Positions 45,381 to 53,876 of a DNA stretch of 64,000 bases are shown here, in pieces. A program made the translations under genes and the position numbers. The first letter of the stretch is position 1. Every line of letters starts with the position of its first letter. The stretch covers positions 1-64,000 of IMG/VR virus record IMGVR_UViG_2856626968_000003; one strand, given 5' to 3'. Source of the stretch: a virus (Duplodnaviria > Caudoviricetes). Below the pieces are notes generated by a model, which made no database searches, was not told where the DNA came from, and saw only the letters and a program-made list of their open reading frames with translations.

Positions 45381-48089
45381 ATGACCGCCACCATCTGGGA
45401 CATCGCCGCCCGCAGGGCCGCCGCCATCTACGGCACCCCCACCCACCGCTGGACCACCCCCGGCCAGCTCGCCGCCGCGATCGACCCCAGCACGGTCCAG
45501 ACCGAAGCGCTCGACCTCATCGACGAGGCGCTCGTCGACGTCGCCGAAGGCCGCTGCGACCGCCTGATCATCACCGTCCCGCCGCAGGAAGGGAAGTCCA
45601 CCCGGGTCACCACCGTCGGCCCGCTGTGGATGCTGACCCGCAACCCCGACCTGCGCATCGCGATCGCCTGCTACGCCCAGGACCTGGCCGATGAGTTCGG
45701 CCGCAACATCCGCAACCACATCACCAGCAACGACGGCACCGACGGCAGTCTCGACCTCGGCCTGCGCATCGCCCCCGACAACGGCGCCGCGCGCCGCTGG
45801 CGCATCGCCGGCCGCCGGGGCGGCGTCCGCGCCGTCGGCCTCACCGCCGGCCTCACCGGCAAAGCCGCCGAAGCGATCTTCATCGACGACCCGATCGCCG
45901 ACCTCATCCAGGCCAACTCCACCGCCTGGCGCGAGGTCGTCTGGGGCTTCTGGACGGCCGTCGCCAACACCCGCCTGGCCCCCGGCGCGCCCGTGGTAGT
46001 GATCTTGACTCGCTGGCATGAGGACGACCTCGTCGGCCGCCTCCTGGCCGCCGAGGACGCCCACCGCTGGCGCGTGATCAACATCCCCGCGCAGGCCGAC
46101 CACGACCCGGCCAAGGGCGAGACCGACCCGCTCGGCCGCGAACCCGGCGAGTACCTCAACTCCGCGCGCGGCCGCACCGTCGAGCAGTGGGAGCAGATCC
46201 GCGTCGCTGTCGGCTCCCGGGTCTGGAACGCCCTCTACCAGGGGCGGCCCACGGCACCCGAGGGCGATCTGTTCGAACGCGGCTGGTGGCGCGAGTACAC
46301 CTCGCCGCGGTGGATCGTCCGCGACGACGGCTCCTACTGGGCGATCAACCCCGACGAGGTCATCCAGTCCTGGGACATGGCCTTCAAGGACACCGACAGC
46401 AGCGACTGGGTCGTCGGCCAGGTCTGGGCCCGGTGGGGCCTGCAGGTCTACCTGCTCGACCAGGTCCGCGAGCGCCTGTCGTTCGTCGAGACCCGCAAAG
46501 CCGTCCGCCGCCTGGCCGTCAAGTGGCCCCAGGCCACACTGAAGCTCGTCGAGGACAAGGCCAACGGCACCGCCGTCATCAACAGCCTGCAGCGCACCGT
46601 GGCCGGGCTTATCGCAGAAGAACCCCACGGCAGCAAGTACGCGCGCGCCGCCGCGATCTCCCCCTTCGTCGAGGCCGGGCAGGTTCTTCTTCCGGCTCCC
46701 GAGCTCGCCCCGTGGGTCGGCGAGTTCATCGACGAATGCGTCATAGGATCGACTGTGATCATTACACGACACGGTCTGATTCCTGCCAGCGAAATCAAAG
46801 TCGGCGACGAGGTCCTCACACATCGCGGACGCTTCCGCCCTGTCACCGCCACGTCCGTACGGGAAGCACCCGAGCTCGTCACAATTCGGGCGAAGACCCT
46901 CGACCCGATCACCCTCACCCCGAATCACCCGGTATTCGCTATGACCGTGCGCCGTAACGTCGCCGGATTACTGGCGCCCATAGGCAAGGAATGGGTGCCC
47001 GCTGGCGAGGTGTCGTGCCGGACAGCCGTGCTCTCAGCGCGCGGCGAGATCGAACCATCGCACAAGCCCCACCACGCGATGACCTTTCCCGTCTTGGACC
47101 CGGACCAGGAGTTGCAGGAGATCGATCTACGCGCTTGGTTCGACATAAAGCTCCCCGAGGCCAAGACGGAGGGGCTCGGCAGGAAGACGTATGCCATCGT
47201 GGACGACGGCGAGACCATCCGCATCAACTCCGCCCGCGCCCAGTCGCTCCGGTATCGCCAAGTGCTTGACCGACGCTTCGGCCGGATCTGCGGTCTCTAC
47301 CTCGCCGAAGGCAGTTACAGCACCGGCCGCGTCTTCTGGTCGCTTCACAAGGACGAGACCGAGTTTGCGGAGGAGATCACCTCATTCCTCCGAGAACGCT
47401 GGGGGATCAACAGCCACGTCGCCAGCCTAGGAAAGGCCAACCCGAACTGCATCAACGTGACCGCGAGCCTCAGGCGGATGGAGCGCTTCTTCGCTGAGTT
47501 CGGTCGAGGAGCGGCGAACAAGCGCATCCCGTGGTGGGCTTGGGAGGCACCTGCAGCGTTCATCGAAGGCTTGGTCTCCGGCTGGCTGGATGGCGACGGC
47601 CACAAGACGGCACAAGGCTGGAAGGGGACCACCACGTCCCCCCACCTGGCATGGGGCATCAGGCTCCTGGCAACCCGGCTGGACAAGTGGGCGCTGTTGT
47701 CCTGGTCAGAGCCCCGTAAGCCCTCGTTGATCGGCAAGCACACGGTCACGCCACGCCATGCCACGTTCAGCGTGGACTTACTCGACCGGGAAAAGGCGAC
47801 TCACGTGTTCGACGGCGAACATGTCGGCTTGTGGGTGAAGGAGACCGGGCCTGCCGGCAACGGCACCGTCTACAACTTCACCGTCGCCGAAGACGAGTCA
47901 TACGTGACCACGGGCGGCGCCGTACACAACTGCGCGTCCTTCCCCAACGGCCGCCACGACGACCAGGTCGACGGCACGTCTCAAGCGATCAACCGGCTCC
48001 TGCTCGCGCCGCTGCTCGCCGGCACCCTCATCGTCGGCGACGACGAGTTGGACGAGGAGCTGGACGACTACGAGATCAGCCCGATCTGA
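45381..48089 (+). CDS. terL: Terminase large subunit containing an intein
   Basis: PPQEGKS Walker A, IFIDDP, TRWHEDDL, ALYQGRP, QSWDMAFK, VEDKANG, FPNGRHDDQVD. Confidence 0.95.
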   Translation: MTATIWDIAARRAAAIYGTPTHRWTTPGQLAAAIDPSTVQTEALDLIDEALVDVAEGRCDRLIITVPPQEGKSTRVTTVGPLWMLTRNPDLRIAIACYAQDLADEFGRNIRNHITSNDGTDGSLDLGLRIAPDNGAARRWRIAGRRGGVRAVGLTAGLTGKAAEAIFIDDPIADLIQANSTAWREVVWGFWTAVANTRLAPGAPVVVILTRWHEDDLVGRLLAAEDAHRWRVINIPAQADHDPAKGETDPLGREPGEYLNSARGRTVEQWEQIRVAVGSRVWNALYQGRPTAPEGDLFERGWWREYTSPRWIVRDDGSYWAINPDEVIQSWDMAFKDTDSSDWVVGQVWARWGLQVYLLDQVRERLSFVETRKAVRRLAVKWPQATLKLVEDKANGTAVINSLQRTVAGLIAEEPHGSKYARAAAISPFVEAGQVLLPAPELAPWVGEFIDECVIGSTVIITRHGLIPASEIKVGDEVLTHRGRFRPVTATSVREAPELVTIRAKTLDPITLTPNHPVFAMTVRRNVAGLLAPIGKEWVPAGEVSCRTAVLSARGEIEPSHKPHHAMTFPVLDPDQELQEIDLRAWFDIKLPEAKTEGLGRKTYAIVDDGETIRINSARAQSLRYRQVLDRRFGRICGLYLAEGSYSTGRVFWSLHKDETEFAEEITSFLRERWGINSHVASLGKANPNCINVTASLRRMERFFAEFGRGAANKRIPWWAWEAPAAFIEGLVSGWLDGDGHKTAQGWKGTTTSPHLAWGIRLLATRLDKWALLSWSEPRKPSLIGKHTVTPRHATFSVDLLDREKATHVFDGEHVGLWVKETGPAGNGTVYNFTVAEDESYVTTGGAVHNCASFPNGRHDDQVDGTSQAINRLLLAPLLAGTLIVGDDELDEELDDYEISPI
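46737..47930 (+). mobile_element. Intein with LAGLIDADG homing endonuclease (398 aa)
   Basis: Starts CVIGST, TPNHP block B, GLYLAEGS and GWLDGDG motifs, ends VYNFTV...VHN followed by extein Cys; lower GC. Confidence 0.93.
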
Positions 48090-48108
48090 CCCGTCGAGGG
48101 AGGCCTTC

Positions 48109-49815
48109 GTGGGGATCGCCTCCCGCCTGCAGGAAGCGTGGTATCGGTTCACAGGCAGAACCGAACTCGCCGAGGTCAAGCGCGCCTACCGGCTCAGCGT
48201 CCAGCACCTGGAAGAGTCCGTCGCCGGGCTCGAGGCCCGGATGTACGAGCCGGGCTGGCAGCTCATGACGGCCCAGGCCGAGCAGGAATTCACGCGCGAA
48301 GGCCTCCGGCAGATCACCTCGGTCAACCGCGTCATGGCCCTGAAGAATCCCCTGATCAAAAGGGGTATCGCGCTGCGCACCGCGTACGTGTGGGGCCAGG
48401 GCCTCCAGGTCACCGCGCGCTCGGCCGGCCAGAAGAGCGGGCCACGGCGCCGCGGCCAGCAGGACGTCAACGCCGTCGTCCAGGCATTCATGGATGACGA
48501 GGGCAACCGGCGCGCGCTGTTCTCCCAGCAGGCCCACGAGGACCTCGAGCGGGCACTGGGCACCGACGGCAACCTGTTCATCGCCGCCTTCACCAACCCG
48601 CGCACCGGCCGCGTCCAGGCACGCATCGTCCCCTGGGACGAGATCACCGAGGTCATCACCAACCCCGACGACGCCTCCGAGCCCTGGTTCTACCGCCGGT
48701 GCTGGACGACCCCCCAGGGCGCCATGCAGGAGGCCTACTACCCGGCCATGGGGTACTGGCCCAAGGTCCGGCCCCGGGTGATCGGATTCCGGGGGATCGG
48801 CGACGGCGCGGTCCTCCCGGTCCGCTGGGACTCCCCGGTCAAGCACATCTCCGTCAACGGCCCCCTGCACTGGAAGTGGGGGCTCGGCGACGTCTACGCC
48901 GCGATCGACTGGGCCAACGCGTACCGGGAATTCCTCACCGACTGGTCCCGCCTGATCAAGGCGCTGTCCCGGTTCGCCTGGCGGCTCACCAGCAAGGGCT
49001 CCAAGCAGGCCGCCGCCAAGACCAAGATGGCGACCGCGCCGACCACCGACCCGCTGACCGGCGAGCCGCGCTTCGCCGGCGCCACCGCGTTCATGCCACC
49101 CGACATGGCGCTCGAGGCGATCCCCAAGTCGGGCGCGACGATCGACGCCGAATCGGGGCGGCCGCTCGCGGCGATGACCGCCGCGGCGCTGGACGTCCCG
49201 GTGACCATGCTGCTCGGCGACCCCGGCACGACCGGCGCACGCGCGGTGGCCGAGACCCTCGACCAGCCCACCGAGCTGGCCATGAACATGCGGCGCGAGC
49301 TGTGGGCAGACGTCCTGCGGACGATCTTCAACTACGTGATCGACGCCGCCGTCAAGGCTCCCGACGGCCCGCTCAAGGGCATCGTCAAGCGCGACCCCGA
49401 CGACCGGGAGATCATCGAGCTCGCCGGGAAGACCGACCGCACGATCGACATCACCTGGCCGTCCCTGGACTCGATCGATGCCGCGCAACTCGTCAAGGCG
49501 ATCGTCGAAGCCGACAGCACGCAGTACGTGCCGCCGCTGGTCGTAGTCCGGCTGCTGCTGCAGGCGCTCGGTGTCCGCGACGTCGACGAGATCCTGGCCA
49601 CGTTGATGGACGACCAGGGCAACTTCGTCCGCCCGGACGGCGCGGGCGGCGGCGCAGGCCAAGCGGCCATGGACGCCTTCCGGCAGGGCCGCGATCCCGC
49701 GGCCGCGTTCGGCGGCGGCCGCGACAATCCCCCAGACCCGGCCGGCCCGGGCGGCGGGGCGCCCGGTGACGCCGAGCAGGGCAAGCCGGCGGAGAGAGAA
49801 CGGGTGGCCGCATGA
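48109..49815 (+). CDS. Portal protein
   Basis: Directly after TerL, 568 aa, NPLIKRGI, DGNLF. Confidence 0.8.
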   Translation: MGIASRLQEAWYRFTGRTELAEVKRAYRLSVQHLEESVAGLEARMYEPGWQLMTAQAEQEFTREGLRQITSVNRVMALKNPLIKRGIALRTAYVWGQGLQVTARSAGQKSGPRRRGQQDVNAVVQAFMDDEGNRRALFSQQAHEDLERALGTDGNLFIAAFTNPRTGRVQARIVPWDEITEVITNPDDASEPWFYRRCWTTPQGAMQEAYYPAMGYWPKVRPRVIGFRGIGDGAVLPVRWDSPVKHISVNGPLHWKWGLGDVYAAIDWANAYREFLTDWSRLIKALSRFAWRLTSKGSKQAAAKTKMATAPTTDPLTGEPRFAGATAFMPPDMALEAIPKSGATIDAESGRPLAAMTAAALDVPVTMLLGDPGTTGARAVAETLDQPTELAMNMRRELWADVLRTIFNYVIDAAVKAPDGPLKGIVKRDPDDREIIELAGKTDRTIDITWPSLDSIDAAQLVKAIVEADSTQYVPPLVVVRLLLQALGVRDVDEILATLMDDQGNFVRPDGAGGGAGQAAMDAFRQGRDPAAAFGGGRDNPPDPAGPGGGAPGDAEQGKPAERERVAA

Positions 49816-50030
49816 GCCTGCACCTGCTCCCCGCGGGCGAGGTCCTCGCCCACACCACCTCCACCTCCTGCCCGTGCCGGCCTCGCCAGACGCTGGTGAC
49901 CCACGACGGCGCGCGCCGCCAGGCCGTGGTGCACGGCCACGTCCCCCCGGGCGGAGGCGGCGATGGCGATCACCGAGCGGACCCTGGCCCTGGTCCGGGA
50001 GATGCGGGCGAGCCTCGACCGGATCGTTGA
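49812..50030 (+). CDS. Small His/Cys protein
   Basis: ATGA-coupled; H...CPCRP...VVH. Confidence 0.4.
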   Translation: MSLHLLPAGEVLAHTTSTSCPCRPRQTLVTHDGARRQAVVHGHVPPGGGGDGDHRADPGPGPGDAGEPRPDR

Positions 50031-51039
50031 CGACCAGACCCGGGCGACCACCAAGGCATGGGTCCGCGCGTGGGACGAGCTCATCCGCGTGTTCAACGAA
50101 GCCGCCGACGAGCTCATCGCCGCGGCGACCGGCGGCCGGTGGCCCTCCCGCCGGCAGGTCGCCCGCTCCCAGCGCGTCGAGCGCGCGCTGGATCTGGCCG
50201 CGCGCAGCCTCGGCGAGCTCGCCCTCAAGGCCTCCAACGACGTCGCCCAGGCCGCCTGGCAGGCCGTGCACCTCGCCGTCGAGGCCACCCTGCCGATCCT
50301 GCGCTCCCAGATGCCGGCCAGCCCCCGCGCGCAAGCGGGCATCCGGTTCGACCGGATCGACGAGGCCGCCGTCGAGGCGATCGTGCGCCGGACCACCCAG
50401 CAGATCACCGCGCGGCACCGGCCGCTGTCGGCCGACGCCACCGAGGCCATGCGCCGCGAGCTGGTCCGCGGCGTCGTCGTCGGCGCCAACCCGCGCGAAG
50501 CCGCCCGGCGGATGGTCGACCGGTGCCAGGGCGCGTTCGCGGGCGGCCTGACCCGCGCGGTGACCATCGCCCGCACCGAGATCATCAGCGCACATCGGGA
50601 GGGCGCGCGCGCCGCCCAGGACGCCAGCTCCTCGACCCTCGCCGGGTGGGTGTGGACAGCGGAGCTCAAAGCGCGCACGTGCGCATCATGCTGGGCTCAG
50701 CACGGCCGGGTCCACCCGCTGAAGGAGCCGGGTCCGCTGGATCATCAGTCCGGCCGGTGCGCCCGCACGCCCAAGACGAAGACCTGGCGCGAGCTCGGCA
50801 TCGATCTGGACGAGCCGGACGATGTGATCCCCGACGCCCGCGTGGTCTTCGCCGCGCTGCCGCGAGCGGACCAGTTGAAGATCATGGGCCCTCGTCGGCT
50901 GCAACTGCTGGACGCCGGCGAGATCACGTGGGATGACATCTCCGAGCGGCGAGAGAACCCGGAGTGGCGGCCGTCCTACCATGTCCGCTCGGTTCGCGAT
51001 CTGGAGCAGCTCGCGGCTGATCGCACCAGTTCGGCATGA
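49963..51039 (+). CDS. MuF-like minor head protein
   Basis: RAVTIARTE, WVWTA, RTCASCWAQHG, DHQSGRC. Confidence 0.88.
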   Translation: MAITERTLALVREMRASLDRIVDDQTRATTKAWVRAWDELIRVFNEAADELIAAATGGRWPSRRQVARSQRVERALDLAARSLGELALKASNDVAQAAWQAVHLAVEATLPILRSQMPASPRAQAGIRFDRIDEAAVEAIVRRTTQQITARHRPLSADATEAMRRELVRGVVVGANPREAARRMVDRCQGAFAGGLTRAVTIARTEIISAHREGARAAQDASSSTLAGWVWTAELKARTCASCWAQHGRVHPLKEPGPLDHQSGRCARTPKTKTWRELGIDLDEPDDVIPDARVVFAALPRADQLKIMGPRRLQLLDAGEITWDDISERRENPEWRPSYHVRSVRDLEQLAADRTSSA

Positions 51040-51163
51040 TCTGTGATCGACAAAACACGGGAAACCGGCGATCTACCTGGGATAATAGAGGTAAAGGGGC
51101 CCTCGCGACGGCTGCAACCGTGCGAGGGCCGTGGCGAACACCTAATCCTCAGGAGGTGCTCGC

Positions 51164-52324
51164 GTGCGCGAGCGTACCTGCACGATCGACGGCTGCGTCA
51201 AGCCCGTCCTAGCAAAGGGCTGGTGCACGACCCACTACGGCCGGTGGCGCCGCAACGGCGATCCCGTCGTCTTGAAGCCCCGACACAAGATGGAGTCCTG
51301 CTCCATCGACGGCTGCGGCCAGCCTCACACCGCTCGGGGTTACTGCGTCCTGCACTACGGCAGGTGGAGCAAGTACGGCGATGCCCGTGCTGAACCGCCC
51401 ACGTCCCTACGCCCCACGATGTGCACCGTCGAAGGCTGCGAACAGCCTGTGAGAGGTCACGGCTGGTGTGGCCTGCATTACGCCCGCTGGCGGAACACGG
51501 GGGATCCGCTCGGATTAAAGCGGAAGCAGGCAGGCCCCTGTCGCGCCGATGGGTGCGAGCGACAGGGTAACGGGGGCTACGGCTGGTGCGAGAAGCACTA
51601 CAGGCGTTTCCAGCGGCACGGCAACGCGATGGTCACGAGCCGTATCGTTGGTGATGACGTGGCTCGGTTCTGGTCGTACGTGGACAAAACCGGCCCGATC
51701 CCCGATACGCGCCCCGAACTCGGCCCCTGCTGGTTATGGACGGGCCTCCTTAACTCCGATGGCTATGCGGTCATGGGGATGACGTCCGGGACCCGGTACA
51801 TGGCCCGTTGGGGCTATCAACAGTTCGTGGGGCCGATCCCAGAGGGGCACGAGCCGGACCACCTCTGCCGTAACCGCGCGTGCGTGAACTTTGAGCGCCA
51901 TCTCGAACCGGTAACGCACCACGAGAACTGGCGGCGTGGTCAAAGCCCACAGGCGATCAACGCCCGCAAGACGCATTGCCCCCAGGGCCATCCGTACGAC
52001 GAGACGAACACCATGCGGGATGCCAGACGCGGGCGAGCCTGCCGTATCTGCATGGGCGAATCTGGCAGGCGCCGCGCTGCCTTGAAGAGTCGTGGGATTC
52101 CGGCCAATGACCTGACAGACGCTCAGTGGCGCGAGATCCAGGTGGCCTACCGCTTCCGGTGCGCGTACTGCGGCAGACGTTCCAAGAAGCTGACCAAGGA
52201 CCATGTGATCGCGCTGTCTAAGGGCGGCCCGCATACGGCCAGCAACGTCGTCCCCGCCTGTGGTCCGTGTAACTTCGGGAAACAAGACGGCCCCGCACCG
52301 GCCTACCAGCCACTGCTCTTGTAG
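51164..52324 (+). CDS. Free-standing HNH homing endonuclease with four N-terminal Zn-finger repeats and two HNH-like domains
   Basis: 4x CxxxGC...GxCxxHY; CWLWTG...[11 protein letters not shown]...HLEPVT; CAYCG...[10 protein letters not shown]...[10 protein letters not shown]. Confidence 0.9.
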   Translation: MRERTCTIDGCVKPVLAKGWCTTHYGRWRRNGDPVVLKPRHKMESCSIDGCGQPHTARGYCVLHYGRWSKYGDARAEPPTSLRPTMCTVEGCEQPVRGHGWCGLHYARWRNTGDPLGLKRKQAGPCRADGCERQGNGGYGWCEKHYRRFQRHGNAMVTSRIVGDDVARFWSYVDKTGPIPDTRPELGPCWLWTGLLNSDGYAVMGMTSGTRYMARWGYQQFVGPIPEGHEPDHLCRNRACVNFERHLEPVTHHENWRRGQSPQAINARKTHCPQGHPYDETNTMRDARRGRACRICMGESGRRRAALKSRGIPANDLTDAQWREIQVAYRFRCAYCGRRSKKLTKDHVIALSKGGPHTASNVVPACGPCNFGKQDGPAPAYQPLLL

Positions 52325-52362
52325 GCACACCGAACCATCTCGCGTCTAGCAACTCACCGTCC

Positions 52363-52488
52363 CCGGCCCGGCTCCGGATGCTCGAGGACGGCGAGATCGC
52401 CTGGGAGGAGCTCTCCACCCGCCGGTCAACCGGCGGGTGGAGAGACTGCTACCACGTCACCCCGCTGGCCGCGTTGGCCAAGCGCTGA
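52363..52488 (+). pseudogene. Stranded second copy of the MuF C-terminus
   Basis: PARLRMLEDGEIAWEELSTRRSTGGWRDCYHV aligns with MuF PRRLQLLDAGEITWDDISERRENPEWRPSYHV. Confidence 0.85.
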
Positions 52489-52764
52489 TCAGTTGGGCAG
52501 GGGAACGGCCACGTACGTGTCCTGCCCCTCCCACCGCAGCCGCAGCTCGCCCGGCATGTCGTTCTGCGCCGACGGGACCAGCATGAACGTGATCGAGGCG
52601 TTCGTCTCGATCACCGCCTTCTCGGGCAGGCCGCGGGTCGGGATGCCCTCGAAAGGCACGGTGTCCGCTGTCACCTCCTGCGCGGTGACCGTACCGACGT
52701 TTCTCAGGACGTACTGCTGTCCGCGACCACGCGAGATACGCCAAGCGATCTTGCTGGTGTCCAT
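52489..52764 (-). CDS. Hypothetical protein
   Basis: GGAGG RBS; GC3-rich frame. Confidence 0.65.
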   Translation of the reverse strand: MDTSKIAWRISRGRGQQYVLRNVGTVTAQEVTADTVPFEGIPTRGLPEKAVIETNASITFMLVPSAQNDMPGELRLRWEGQDTYVAVPLPN

Positions 52765-53102
52765 GATCCCTACCTCCAGGGGTCGATGACGGGTCGTGTT
52801 GCGCCCCTTCGCGCGATGTCCGGATCATCGCGGTCGAGGTAGCAACGCGGCGGACTCTATAGATTTCCGCGCTTAGTGTCCCCGCCCGCCGATCTGACCG
52901 GGCCGCCCCGAGCTGAGGGCCTCCGGGGGCGCGCTTGACCTGCTGAAACTGCCCGGGGTGCCCTGCTCGCCGCCGCCGATGGCGTGCCCCGGCGCTCCGA
53001 AGAGCCGAACCGTGACGCTTGCCTGTCTCGGGTCCGCGCGCGTTCGGCTCACCGGGATCCCGCTGGTCCGCTCCTGAGCTGTCCGCGCCCGGAGGTGACC
53101 TC

Positions 53103-53876
53103 ATGTCCGATCGGCGCCTCTTGGCCGCGGCCGCCAGCGCACACCCACGCCCCGAGTATCCGCTGATCCTGGAGCACCTTCCCGGCCGCCATGACCAGAA
53201 GACCCATGGAAGGTCTGGTCGCGGCAACAGGCCGGAGTCGAAGGGAGACTCCAGCGCGGCGGAGCGCACGGCTGCGCCACCCCGCCGCGGATCGGCGTCC
53301 AGCGGCGGCTCCAAGGCGGGGGCCCGGGCCGCGCGTGCGGCGCCCGTGAAGGACAAGCGGTGGCTCGACGCCCACTACGGCGAATGGCGCAACAGCCTGT
53401 CGCCGACGCAGGACAAGGCGATGCGCTTCTACCAGTCTCCCGGGTTCGCCCTGGTGAACGGACAGCTCAGAGGTCTGAAGAAGGGCGAGATCAAGGCCGA
53501 CGTCTCCTTCACCGACGCCGATCTCGAACGGGCACGGAAAGCCTCCACCGCGCTGAAGTCAGCGATCAAGAAGGCGCCGCCGCTGGTCGAGCCGATGACG
53601 GTGTATCGGGGGTTCGGCGCCAACCAGTTCGGCGACCTCGAGCCGGGCCAGGTGCTGTCGGACAAGGGCTTCGTGAGCACGAGCATCACCCCCGACGTCG
53701 GCGCCGTCGGCAAGGCCACCAAGCAGGCGACAGCCGAGATCACGCTGCCCGAGGGGACCAAGGCCGCCGCTGGGTCCGCGCGGGAGCTGGTGCTGCCGCC
53801 CGGCAGCAAGTTCCGCGTCCTCGACGTCTCCGACCGCAGCGGCGTCCCTCATGTCCGGATGGAGCTGATCTTGTGA
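53103..53876 (+). CDS. VIP2/ARTC-like ADP-ribosyltransferase
   Basis: VNGQLRG, VYRG, DKGFVSTS, RELVLPPGSKFRV; N-terminal HLPGRHDQKTHG. Confidence 0.85.
   Translation: MSDRRLLAAAASAHPRPEYPLILEHLPGRHDQKTHGRSGRGNRPESKGDSSAAERTAAPPRRGSASSGGSKAGARAARAAPVKDKRWLDAHYGEWRNSLSPTQDKAMRFYQSPGFALVNGQLRGLKKGEIKADVSFTDADLERARKASTALKSAIKKAPPLVEPMTVYRGFGANQFGDLEPGQVLSDKGFVSTSITPDVGAVGKATKQATAEITLPEGTKAAAGSARELVLPPGSKFRVLDVSDRSGVPHVRMELIL

Noticed and set aside
48076-50595. Long antisense ORFs (839 aa here; also 25020-26744, 56075-57781, 15306-16745)
   Set aside because: Shadow frames of high-GC genes with clear motifs on the opposite strand
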